Shown here: positions 8,558 to 17,206 of the stretch, in pieces
How the letters are laid out: each line of letters begins with the position of its first letter
How positions within the stretch are numbered: position 1 is the stretch's first letter
Origin: Oligoflexales bacterium
GTDB taxonomy: Bacteria > Bdellovibrionota_B > Oligoflexia > Oligoflexales > CAIYRB01
Direction of reading: 5' to 3'
Assembly: GCA_041736175.1 (NCBI GenBank)
Contig: JBGSUI010000088.1
Span: 1 to 23,839, forward strand
DNA: 23,839 bases
The notes under the pieces: generated by a model
What the model was told of the DNA's origin: nothing
Databases searched by the model: none
Seen by the model: the letters and a program-made list of their open reading frames with translations, nothing else
Program-made: the position numbers and the translations under genes

Positions 8558-10147
8558 TCATTCCCATTCGATCGTCGCCGGCGGTTTGGTGGTCACATCG
8601 TAGACCACGCGGTTGATCCCACTGACTTTATTTACGATCTCTGAGGCGACCAACGACAAGAAGTCCATAGGTAAGTCGCCGACACCGGCGGTCATTCCAT
8701 CACTGCTTGTGACCGCGCGCAAGGCGAGAGTTTTTTGGTAGGTGCGATTGTCCCCCATGACCCCCACGGTTTGGACGGGGAGGAGCACACAAAAGGCCTG
8801 CCAGATTTTTTCGTAGAAGTGGTCGCGGCGCAGAGCGCTGATAAAGATATCATCTGCTTCCCTCAGCAGCTCAAGATCCTCGGGGGTGACCGGTCCGATG
8901 ATGCGCACCGCTAGACCAGGCCCCGGGAAGGGGTGGCGATAGACCATTTCGTGGGGGAGCCCCAAGTCTTCCCCCAGCACACGGACTTCGTCCTTAAAGA
9001 GGAATCTGAGGGGTTCGATCAAGGGGAGTTTAAGGGTATCGGGGAGTCCACCCACGTTATGGTGGCTTTTGATAACCTTAGCACCTGCTCCGTGCCCGGC
9101 GGACTCGATCACATCGGGGTACAGGGTGCCTTGGCCTAGGTGAGAAAACCGGTGGTTGCAGGACGTCGCGTACCGCTGAAACTCTTCGATAAAGAGCCTT
9201 CCGATCACCTTGCGTTTGGTCTCGGGATCAAAGACCCCTCGGAGGTTATCCATAAAGAGCTGCACCGAGTTAAGGACCTCCACATGGACCAGGCCTAACT
9301 GGCGCAGGGTGTCAGACACCCAGGCCACTTCGTTTTTACGCATAAGCCCCGTATCACAAAAGACCGCCGTGACGCGCTCGGGTCCGAGGGCTCTTGCCAA
9401 CAGGGCTGCGGTGACGGTCGAGTCAACTCCCCCTGAGCAAGCCACTAGGACATGCCCTTCGCCTACAGAGTTGCGGATCAAGCTAAGGGTTGATTCGAGA
9501 CGAGACCCAGGATTCCAATTTTCAGGAGCCCTGCAGACATCTTTCACAAACCCCGTCAGCATCTCCGAGCCAAACTCGCTATGGTTGACTTCCGGATGGA
9601 ACTGCAAACCGATGATAGGCTTAGAACGGTGGACGATCGCACCATGGACATGGCCCCTGGTTCGACCGACGCTGACAAAATCCTCAGGGAGCGTCTGGAC
9701 GTCATCTCCATGGGACATCCACACGGTCTGTTGGGCGGGAAGCCCATAAAACATCCGGCCTCCAGGTCCTGGGATCTCAGGATCGAGGTCGATGGTTTCC
9801 CGGCCATACTCACGCCCCTTTCCTCCACGCAAGGACCCTCCAAAGGCGGTGACCAGGAGCTGCATCCCGTAACAGATTCCAAGGACTGGGACATCCTGCT
9901 GTAAAATCCACCCTGGCAACCCCCTTGACCCTACTTCGTAGACTGAATCTGGGCCTCCAGAGAGGATGATTCCATAAATGTGGAACTGTTTATGACTCTC
10001 TGGCAACGCAGCAAGACTGCCATCGATGACTTCGCTGTAAACACCCAACTCCCTAAGCCTGCGGGCAATCAAGAGAGTGTACTGGGAGCCATAATCCAGG
10101 ATTAAAAAACCACTGTTGACAGGACGGGTCGCCAGTTGATGCGTCAT
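8558..10147 (-). CDS. guaA: GMP synthase (glutamine-hydrolysing)
   Basis: LDYGSQYT, GICYGMQ, QFHPEV, SGGVDS, QGTLYPDVIES, IKSHHNVGG and C-terminal KPPATIEWE. Confidence 0.97.
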   Translation of the reverse strand: MTHQLATRPVNSGFLILDYGSQYTLLIARRLRELGVYSEVIDGSLAALPESHKQFHIYGIILSGGPDSVYEVGSRGLPGWILQQDVPVLGICYGMQLLVTAFGGSLRGGKGREYGRETIDLDPEIPGPGGRMFYGLPAQQTVWMSHGDDVQTLPEDFVSVGRTRGHVHGAIVHRSKPIIGLQFHPEVNHSEFGSEMLTGFVKDVCRAPENWNPGSRLESTLSLIRNSVGEGHVLVACSGGVDSTVTAALLARALGPERVTAVFCDTGLMRKNEVAWVSDTLRQLGLVHVEVLNSVQLFMDNLRGVFDPETKRKVIGRLFIEEFQRYATSCNHRFSHLGQGTLYPDVIESAGHGAGAKVIKSHHNVGGLPDTLKLPLIEPLRFLFKDEVRVLGEDLGLPHEMVYRHPFPGPGLAVRIIGPVTPEDLELLREADDIFISALRRDHFYEKIWQAFCVLLPVQTVGVMGDNRTYQKTLALRAVTSSDGMTAGVGDLPMDFLSLVASEIVNKVSGINRVVYDVTTKPPATIEWE

Positions 10148-10195
10148 AAGGGTGCCACCATAGAAAAAGGGAGTCGGTCAAAAGGAAACGAGAGT

Positions 10196-11707
10196 TTAAT
10201 TATCGATCCGGTAATTGGGGGCTTCACGGGTGATATAGACGTCATGGACATGGCTTTCCTTCAGTCCGGCATTGGTGATCCTGCGGAACACCGCCCGTTC
10301 CTGAAGACTGGTGATCGTGTCGGCCCCGATATAGCCCATGGCGGACCTAACGCCACCCATGAGTTGGTAGAGGACGTTGGCTAAGGGACCTTTATAGGCC
10401 ACCCGACCCTCGATCCCCTCTGGGACCAACTTTCCAAGATCTTCGATATCACCCTGGAAATAACGATCTTTACTCCCATGCTGCATGGCTCCCAAGCTAC
10501 CCATCCCGCGGTACATTTTGTAGCTTTTGCCCTGATAGATCACCAGCTCCCCTGGAGATTCGTCCGTACCGGCAAACATACTGCCGATCATCACCGTGTC
10601 AGCCCCCCCGGCAAGGGCTTTCACCACATCACCGCTAAACTTGACCCCACCATCCGCGATGATCGGTACGCCGGTTCCTGCTGCCGCGGCTGCACACTCC
10701 ATAACAGCGGAAAGTTGGGGGACACCCACGCCGGTTACAATCCGCGTCGTGCAGATGGATCCTGGCCCGACGCCGACCTTGACGCCATCACATCCAGCCT
10801 GGATGAGAGCCCGTGTCGCTTCGGGCGTGGCTACATTGCCTGCCACGATCTCAAAGGTAAACTGGGAAAACTGGTTTTTAATCCGCTGTACGGCATCGAT
10901 CACCCCTTGGCTATGGCCATGGGCCGTGTCGACAATCAGGACGTCCACCCCTGCTTCCAGGAGGGATTGAGTCCGATCGAGGTAATCCCCACCCGCACCG
11001 ATGGCGGCTCCCACCAAAAGTCGACCTTGTGGATCCTTGCTGGCATTGGGAAACCGCTGGGATTTGACGATGTCTTTGATGGTATAGAGCCCAATCAGGG
11101 TCTTGCCGTCGTCATCCAGCACCGGCAGTTTTTCGATCCGGTGGCGATGGAGGATTTCAATGGCCTCTTCGCTGCTGATGCCTTTACGGCAGGTGATGAC
11201 CTCGGCCGTCATCACTTCGTGGACGGGCCTTTGGGGGTTGCGCTCAAAGCGAATATCCCGTCCGGTGACGATGCCCACCAAGGCACCTCGGGAGACGACG
11301 GGAAGTCCGGAGATATTGTAGCGGGCCATAATCGATAGGATATCTCCGACCGTCTGGTCGGGGCCCACTGTCACCGGGTCGGTGACCATTCCCGCTTCGC
11401 TTTTTTTAACCTGGTGGACTCTCGCCGCTTGGGCATCGATGGACAGGTTTTTGTGGATGATCCCGATGCCTCCAGCCTGGGCCATCACGATGGCCGTCGC
11501 GGCCTCCGTGACAGTGTCCATGGCGGCTGAAACTAAGGGGATTTTAAGCCGGATATGCTTGGTGAATTGGGTTTCTAGATTGGTTTCCCCAGGGAGCACC
11601 TTAGAGTGCTGGGGCACCAGGAGTACATCGTCGTAGGTCAAGGCTTCGAGGATCACACGACTCGTGTAAGGAGTGGATGGGACCGAGTTTGGGGGGGGGA
11701 CCTGCAT
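10196..11707 (-). CDS. guaB: IMP dehydrogenase with CBS domains
   Basis: [33 protein letters not shown] (catalytic Cys), ADGG, YRGMGS and VPEGIEG. Start reassigned to ATG 11707 because GGAGG precedes it. Confidence 0.96.
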   Translation of the reverse strand: MQVPPPNSVPSTPYTSRVILEALTYDDVLLVPQHSKVLPGETNLETQFTKHIRLKIPLVSAAMDTVTEAATAIVMAQAGGIGIIHKNLSIDAQAARVHQVKKSEAGMVTDPVTVGPDQTVGDILSIMARYNISGLPVVSRGALVGIVTGRDIRFERNPQRPVHEVMTAEVITCRKGISSEEAIEILHRHRIEKLPVLDDDGKTLIGLYTIKDIVKSQRFPNASKDPQGRLLVGAAIGAGGDYLDRTQSLLEAGVDVLIVDTAHGHSQGVIDAVQRIKNQFSQFTFEIVAGNVATPEATRALIQAGCDGVKVGVGPGSICTTRIVTGVGVPQLSAVMECAAAAAGTGVPIIADGGVKFSGDVVKALAGGADTVMIGSMFAGTDESPGELVIYQGKSYKMYRGMGSLGAMQHGSKDRYFQGDIEDLGKLVPEGIEGRVAYKGPLANVLYQLMGGVRSAMGYIGADTITSLQERAVFRRITNAGLKESHVHDVYITREAPNYRIDN

Positions 11708-11929
11708 AGCGCCTCCATGGTTGGTGGCTGCCCATACTACCTGACAAACCCCAAGAGTCAACCTACTTGGGGCGTGCTCTGAAACTTCTCAAGGGATTCC
11801 ACCGCTGGCGCCATTAAGTCGCCACGATTTTTATCGATTTTAGCCGGTCTGTACACATGAAGAGAGACCTTAGCTGATTTTCAGGTCCAAACTCCTTTCT
11901 CGATTTCAAAAGACAAAAGAGCTCCGATT

Positions 11930-12502
11930 CTATTTTTTGATGAGACTGTGTTTTTGGGTTTTGAATGTTACCCACTCGCTATCTATATACTCGCACCATC
12001 CTCTACGACCTTTAGGGGAAAGCTCGTAGAGAATGTTTTTTCCTATCACGAAATTATGGTATTCATCTGATCGATCGGCATTAAGAACTCGTGCAAAGGA
12101 GCGGTCTAGGCAGGTGCCAAAGGATTGGTATTGAGATGCCTTGAGTTCATGTTCGCAGCAAAGACTCAAGTGAGGTAAGAGATTGATCGTAGGGAACCTT
12201 GATGTCTTATGGCGATAGGTATCTGGAAAATCGTAGGTACTTGTTGTTAGAACACTGATGATGAAGAATCTTGCATCTTCCATGTTTTCGGTGGTGTCTT
12301 GGAGGTCTGGATGTGTTTGGATCTTATCGATCAGCTCTCCTAAAAGTGTTTCTGACGACTTCGTGGGCCCCTGAGGATTTCCAGGTGAACAGGGGTTGGT
12401 AGGTGTCTTGGATTTGGTAGCCAATCCTGACTCAGTAGGATTTTTGTTGGCGGTGCATGAGGGCAACAAAATAATCAATAATATCATATATTTTAACATC
12501 AC
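11930..12502 (-). CDS. Hypothetical lipoprotein
   Basis: Basic N-terminus, hydrophobic core and lipobox-like LLPS-C, followed by a low-complexity Pro/Thr/Ser linker. AAGGA upstream. No recognisable domain. Confidence 0.65.
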   Translation of the reverse strand: MMLKYMILLIILLPSCTANKNPTESGLATKSKTPTNPCSPGNPQGPTKSSETLLGELIDKIQTHPDLQDTTENMEDARFFIISVLTTSTYDFPDTYRHKTSRFPTINLLPHLSLCCEHELKASQYQSFGTCLDRSFARVLNADRSDEYHNFVIGKNILYELSPKGRRGWCEYIDSEWVTFKTQKHSLIKK

Positions 12503-12671
12503 GGATTGTTTCCTTATAGGGTGAAAGGTAAAAATTTATCATCTCTGGAAAATATTAATTCAAAAACTATGCCTAATCTGAACTGATCCAACCCAGGGCG
12601 TGCTGTGGTTGGTATGGTATTTGCTTCATATTGGAACAATCATGAACCCTAGCTAAACGGATGGTGTCCCC

Positions 12672-14189
12672 ATGAAGTCTCCAATAATCCTGGTATGTTT
12701 CTGGTTACAGGCCTGTCACATAAACCACCCCGTGAATGAAAACCAGTCATCCGTCCAAAGTTTAGGTGCCCTAAAACGACTTGGGAGTCCGGGAAAAATG
12801 GTTTCGCTCATGGTCGGCCACCGAGAGTCTAGCCTGCTGGTCGAAAAATTAAGTCCAGTTGAGCGCGCCTCCCTGTTTGTGACCGCAGAAAACCGGGAGA
12901 TACGAGAGCCTGGTGCCATAAATCCTATGAAGGTTCCCTACTATAAATTCCCATCTAGAGCGGGGGGCACGGCTATAGAAACCAAGGTGGAAATCCAAGG
13001 GTTTTCTGGTTCGAGCTCTTCGGCGCCCTTTGCACGCCGTCTTGCAAACGCCCACACGAAAGATCCCTGTGGTCCCCTTGGAATCGTTCCCTACCACCCT
13101 GATTCCAAAAAAAATCACCCTTTGATTGAAAAGCTAAGAAGCAAAGGTGCTCCCTCGGGGACTTTGACCCTAGATGCTTTTCACTCCATGTCCAGGTCGC
13201 TTATGATCGTCAATGAGCGCGATAAGACTCTACCCACACTGTTTAGTCTTAAGATGGGCACTGATACAGTTAACGGGCGGCCTGAAGATCGTAAGCTCTT
13301 TGGACTCCAAGAGGAGGTGGCCGAAGTCAATGAGTTGACCCATAAGACTTCGATCCCCCGTTTGATGCAGGATTTTGGGATCACCTATATTATGGATGCA
13401 GTGGGTGTAAATATCCACGAAAAGGGTGCGGATCCCACTGATGACGCCAAAAACTACGGTTACATCATCCGTGACTACTCAGAGATGCTCCGTGATAAAA
13501 ATTACATCTACCTACCCATGGATGTTTTTAAAGGACGTGTCACGGGAGGCCAAAGTGGGGATTTTACCTGGCGCCTTGACGACCAGGTAGAGCTCAAGAT
13601 TCCACCGACCCACCTACAGCGTTATGTCAACGATCTTGCCTATGAAACAGGTAAATTTAAAGGTATTTATCTTGCCAACGGAGCGGGTCATGACTCCTTT
13701 CACGGCCAAAATGTCCTGGTGGGGATTCCACTGGATCCTGCAAATCATGCCAAATTGGGGTTTAGAGATGTGGGCGATAGTCATGACTTTTTGCCGAGGA
13801 TCCAGAAAGGATCGGAAGACCTGGAGCTGCGGATTGCTGATCCTAACTGGTGCATGGTCCTGCGAGGTTGGAACGGCGTAAGACCTGACCAGTGTCTGGG
13901 TGAAGCTGAAAGGCAACAGTTTGCTGGATTTAAGCAGGTCGTCGAAAAAATTGGTTTTACGGCACGAGATGATCAAGGATTTAGCCGGCTGACCACTATC
14001 ACTGATGTTTACCAGTGGGCTGAATCTAAAAGCCACTGGAAAACTCTGGTATCGATGATCGAATCGGTGCGGAGTGTTTCCTCCTTTAAGCACCAGACGA
14101 CAGCTGCTACCAAATCACCCGCAAGGATGGTCTGTCCCATAGCACCTAGACAGGCTATGCGCGCCTGTATGCTCAGGACCAGCCCGTAA
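12672..14189 (+). CDS. Putative lipoprotein with IucA/IucC (NIS synthetase)-like motifs
   Basis: Lipobox-like WLQA-C. Ordered motifs VPYHP, SMSRSL, SLKMG, IIRD, FHGQNVLV and FRDVGD resemble the NIS motifs PVHPW, TSSxRT, KLS, RE, EAHGQNxL and RDFG. Confidence 0.55.
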   Translation: MKSPIILVCFWLQACHINHPVNENQSSVQSLGALKRLGSPGKMVSLMVGHRESSLLVEKLSPVERASLFVTAENREIREPGAINPMKVPYYKFPSRAGGTAIETKVEIQGFSGSSSSAPFARRLANAHTKDPCGPLGIVPYHPDSKKNHPLIEKLRSKGAPSGTLTLDAFHSMSRSLMIVNERDKTLPTLFSLKMGTDTVNGRPEDRKLFGLQEEVAEVNELTHKTSIPRLMQDFGITYIMDAVGVNIHEKGADPTDDAKNYGYIIRDYSEMLRDKNYIYLPMDVFKGRVTGGQSGDFTWRLDDQVELKIPPTHLQRYVNDLAYETGKFKGIYLANGAGHDSFHGQNVLVGIPLDPANHAKLGFRDVGDSHDFLPRIQKGSEDLELRIADPNWCMVLRGWNGVRPDQCLGEAERQQFAGFKQVVEKIGFTARDDQGFSRLTTITDVYQWAESKSHWKTLVSMIESVRSVSSFKHQTTAATKSPARMVCPIAPRQAMRACMLRTSP

Positions 14190-14229
14190 CGAGCAGCTTT
14201 TCTAGGGCTCGGTGCAGTACCCTAAAATG

Positions 14230-14400
14230 TTGACAATCCTATTCACTTGAGTGTAACCATTCAAAAGTTCAGTTGTGCTCAATTGAGCTTTAAAAAAGAT
14301 CTTTCAAGGAGGAAAGGCCATGAAAGTTTCCATTGGACATGCTGCTATGACTGTTGGTGTCTCAGTAACCACCCTAAGACGATGGGAAAAATCAGGTAAA
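14230..14400 (+). mobile_element. IS607-family element remnant (left end plus truncated MerR-type HTH of TnpA)
   Basis: ATG 14320 with AAGGAGG RBS encodes MKVSIGHAAMTVGVSVTTLRRWEKSGK, then resemblance stops. TTGACA at 14230 and repeats TTCACTTGA, TTCAGTTGT and CTCAATTGA lie upstream. Confidence 0.55.
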
Positions 14401-14547
14401 TTCTGCATTATAGGATCATTCCGATCAGTCTTTTCATTTGATGATAGATCGCTAAAATCACGTACAGTAACCGATTCTAGGGGACTCTCTACTATTGGTC
14501 TTGAGACTTCATTTGTCGAAGATTGCACTTATAATCGTCAAATCTAA
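14320..14547 (+). pseudogene. Truncated MerR-HTH/IS607 serine transposase fragment
   Basis: Only the first ~27 aa are HTH-like. No serine recombinase catalytic motif (YARVS) follows in this ORF. Confidence 0.55.
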
Positions 14548-14656
14548 CATTTAAATCTATCTTATTACTGGAGCACTAATGCTCCTCCTAGCGAGCAGCA
14601 ATACCAAATATTTGTACGCTATCTGATCTCTAGCGTTCCAAATTTGATCAACTCGC

Positions 14657-15115
14657 CTAGGGGAGCAAGTCGTCTAGGAGGTGTTTTTCCTGAACAAACA
14701 ATTCCGTCCGCCGAAAGATTGTCAGGATTTCACTGGTTTTTTTTTCAACTTCCAGAAATAACGACACGAGGTCTTCCTCGACATATTCGTGAGCGATTGC
14801 ATTTCGGAGTTCCCGTATCAACCTCATCTCTTTTGCCTCACAAAGACCACGCTTTTCGGCACGTTGGATGACATCGATCAGTGAACCAGAAGACTCAAGC
14901 ATGACCTTATCAATAAGGCGAAATAGTTTTTGCAATACAAGATCAGCGAGGCGGGCAAATCGACTGGTGAGATTCTCAAAATCGTCAAAGACCTCATCTG
15001 CCAGGGGACTGGCTTTTGGAAGGGACTGGCAACGCATTTGCGAGCGTTCCAACCAACGGGCAGCTTTCTTACTCGACTCTAGATATTTTTTAAGGAGAGC
15101 TTGCGTCTCGTTCAT
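14657..15115 (-). CDS. HEPN-domain RNase toxin (HI0074/HepT-like)
   Basis: RNAIAHEY matches the RX4HXY motif. Helical 152-aa protein with an ATGA overlap with the upstream nucleotidyltransferase. Confidence 0.85.
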   Translation of the reverse strand: MNETQALLKKYLESSKKAARWLERSQMRCQSLPKASPLADEVFDDFENLTSRFARLADLVLQKLFRLIDKVMLESSGSLIDVIQRAEKRGLCEAKEMRLIRELRNAIAHEYVEEDLVSLFLEVEKKTSEILTIFRRTELFVQEKHLLDDLLP

Positions 15116-15402
15116 AGCGGGACCACCTGCTTTGCGATTATTTGTACAAAAGGATCTGTATCAAGGTGACGATCTCGCGTGAGCACCAGGTCGATCTTCT
15201 GCTCACCTATAATAGCTTTAATAGCTGCAAGAATCTCAAGTTTTTCCGCAAATCCGATGGATTGAGATTCCACCAAAATGTCGATATCCCCACCTTTAGC
15301 AGTGTCATCAACCCTTGATCCAAAAAGGAAAACACCCGCTTTGGAATCGATCCTGTGAACTTCCTCACAGATGACTTGGCGATCTTTGGGGTCTATACGC
15401 AT
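15112..15402 (-). CDS. Minimal nucleotidyltransferase (MNT/MntA-like antitoxin)
   Basis: LFGSRVDDTAKGGDIDILV plus distal KIDLV. Start is probably ATG 15402 (GGGAG upstream); the alternative is 15420. Confidence 0.85.
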   Translation of the reverse strand: MRIDPKDRQVICEEVHRIDSKAGVFLFGSRVDDTAKGGDIDILVESQSIGFAEKLEILAAIKAIIGEQKIDLVLTRDRHLDTDPFVQIIAKQVVPL

Positions 15403-15510
15403 TGTAGAAGGCACTCCCATTAAAAGGTCATCCGATCAAACCCCAACTTAGTACAAAACGTCAACATTCATTGTGGTCGAATTTGGGCTACCGAACAATT
15501 TTTTTAGGAT

Positions 15511-16116
15511 TTACCTTTCCACTTTTGTCCGACAACGAACCAAGGCCGTATCGAGAAATCCCCGGGTGGTAGGCGATTTAAACACGAGGCCTTCAACATT
15601 GGGTTTAGGATCTTCTAGCACCTTGAGGCATTCGTGAAGGGTGATGAGGGGTTTTAAGGTAACGATTTTCGGGGAGCCAAATACTTGTGGGAGCAGCTGA
15701 AAGCGTTCTTGGTAGGAAAACCGATCCAGCAATTCTCCCTCCTGCTTTAAAAAATCAAATACAAAGATCTCATCGGTCGATTTAAGCCATTCAGCATCAA
15801 GGACATTCCAGTCTGACTGAGGTCGAAAAATCCTCAACAGGTCCTCGGATAGAGTCAGAGGAAGCTCTTTACGGTGCTTTTGCCCTTGGCGGTTATAGAC
15901 CACGATCATTTGTGATGGCCCAGGGGGAATATGAATTTGGGCTCGGTGACCATGAATCTTCAGTTGTCCCCACCAGCCTGCATCTAAGATTTTTTTAACG
16001 GCTTCCCTTGTGGGAGCAATGGAAGCTTTAGGATGCATAGCCTTAAGAAACCGGGGACCTACCATATGTCGAGTCCTCTGGGTAAAAATCGTGGGTTCAA
16101 AGACTCCTGGGAACAT
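15511..16116 (-). CDS. Stand-alone ATP-dependent ligase-type adenylation (nucleotidyltransferase) domain protein, no OB fold
   Basis: Motif I QLKIHGHRAQIH, Ia YNRQG, III VLDAEW, IIIa VFDFL, IV VEGLVFK. The protein ends ~20 aa after motif IV. GAGGA RBS upstream. Confidence 0.8.
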   Translation of the reverse strand: MFPGVFEPTIFTQRTRHMVGPRFLKAMHPKASIAPTREAVKKILDAGWWGQLKIHGHRAQIHIPPGPSQMIVVYNRQGQKHRKELPLTLSEDLLRIFRPQSDWNVLDAEWLKSTDEIFVFDFLKQEGELLDRFSYQERFQLLPQVFGSPKIVTLKPLITLHECLKVLEDPKPNVEGLVFKSPTTRGFLDTALVRCRTKVER

Positions 16117-16321
16117 GGTCTTCCTCGATAGGGGATCAGTCGGATTTGCCTAACCTAAGGCAAGGGACGGCCTGATCTTACTCGATAACCATTGCTATTC
16201 CTAGAGAACCTGTAGACCATATATTTGAATGGTTTATGGTCCTCAGAGTTCCGATTTTGGTCAGGTCACCTTGGGGAGCTTGTGTCTCGTTCAAGGCGGC
16301 ACCACCTACTTTGCGACCTGA

Positions 16322-16960
16322 CTACCGAACATATTGCCTGATTTTAAGATGGCTCAGGATCTCACGGAGTTCCTCTTTATTTTTAACATGCCGACGGGCT
16401 GCTTCGATAGAGCCTTTTTTGGCCTTAAGAGACATGGGTTTAAAGAGGTTTTCAAGGATTTCGGGCTCTAGGGTCTCTAACGCCGCCACCACCGCCTCGT
16501 AGTTAGCCTCCAGGACAGACTCGTTAAACCTGATGCTGCCATAGTCCCTGACGATCAGCTCTTCTGCGGCTTGTTTACCCCATTTAGACGTAAACTCTTC
16601 GACGTCTTCTTCACTCAGGCCAGAACCTGCATCTTGGACGACAAACATAGTCATGCTTTCGTTGCCTTGAATTTTAAAACCACTCGACTCTCCCTGGAAA
16701 AGGCGGTGGGCAAACTGCGTCGTGGCGTAGTCTACGACGGTGTTTTTGTGCACGGTTGCTTCCCCTTCGTAGAATTTTGCTTGATCCTGGGCTGTCCTAA
16801 AAGCATCCACAGCTTCAGCGACCTCAGGGGGTGGCGTAAGGATATTATCCTGTTGTTTAATCGGAGCTGTCGACTTTTTGGTTTTAAAGGGACTTTTCTC
16901 AAGAGCAGAGATCTTTTCAGGTTCCGCTTTTGAAGTTGATTTTTTCTTAGTTTGAGCCAT
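16322..16960 (-). CDS. Hypothetical protein (basic disordered N-terminus, helical core)
   Basis: 212-aa ORF with a GGAGGT RBS and protein-like composition. No family recognised. Confidence 0.8.
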   Translation of the reverse strand: MAQTKKKSTSKAEPEKISALEKSPFKTKKSTAPIKQQDNILTPPPEVAEAVDAFRTAQDQAKFYEGEATVHKNTVVDYATTQFAHRLFQGESSGFKIQGNESMTMFVVQDAGSGLSEEDVEEFTSKWGKQAAEELIVRDYGSIRFNESVLEANYEAVVAALETLEPEILENLFKPMSLKAKKGSIEAARRHVKNKEELREILSHLKIRQYVR

Positions 16961-17116
16961 GGCCTACCTCCGACGTTTCTATCGGCTGAAAGGCTTAGAG
17001 TATTTATAAAAAAGGAAGACTGTCTAATTTATCTGCATTTATATTAATGTGTTACGATCTGCCTCACCAAGTCCTTTGAGAAAAATCAGCAAAACGGCAC
17101 CCACCTTCCCCCTCCC

Positions 17117-17144
17117 TTGTGATTCCCCTGCTAAACGCTATACT
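17117..17144 (+). promoter_or_regulatory. Putative sigma70 promoter for the OYE gene
   Basis: TTGTGA, 16-nt spacer, TATACT, about 60 nt upstream of the start codon. Confidence 0.3.
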
Positions 17145-17206
17145 GGAGTTGTTTTGATCATTTGATCGCAACTTCTCTTAAGCGCTTTTCTGAAGGAGTC
17201 CATACC

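Noticed and set aside
4711..11636. Many plus-strand ORFs of 60-286 aa opposite dnaE, guaA and guaB
   Set aside because: Antisense shadows of well-conserved genes, with no recognisable motifs.
11708..11761. Longer guaB start (TTG 11761); the same applies to the OYE TTG start at 17162
   Set aside because: Downstream ATGs (11707 and 17207) have clear Shine-Dalgarno sequences and match the family N-termini better.
11708..11929. Possible purine riboswitch upstream of guaB
   Set aside because: I could not find the conserved purine aptamer junction and loop sequences. An Rfam scan would be decisive.
14304..14528. 74-aa minus-strand ORF
   Set aside because: Overlaps the IS607-like fragment, has no clear RBS and no motif.
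14570..14585. Hairpin GGAGCA-CTAA-TGCTCC as a terminator of the TA operon
   Set aside because: Only a 6-bp stem with no U-tract on either strand.
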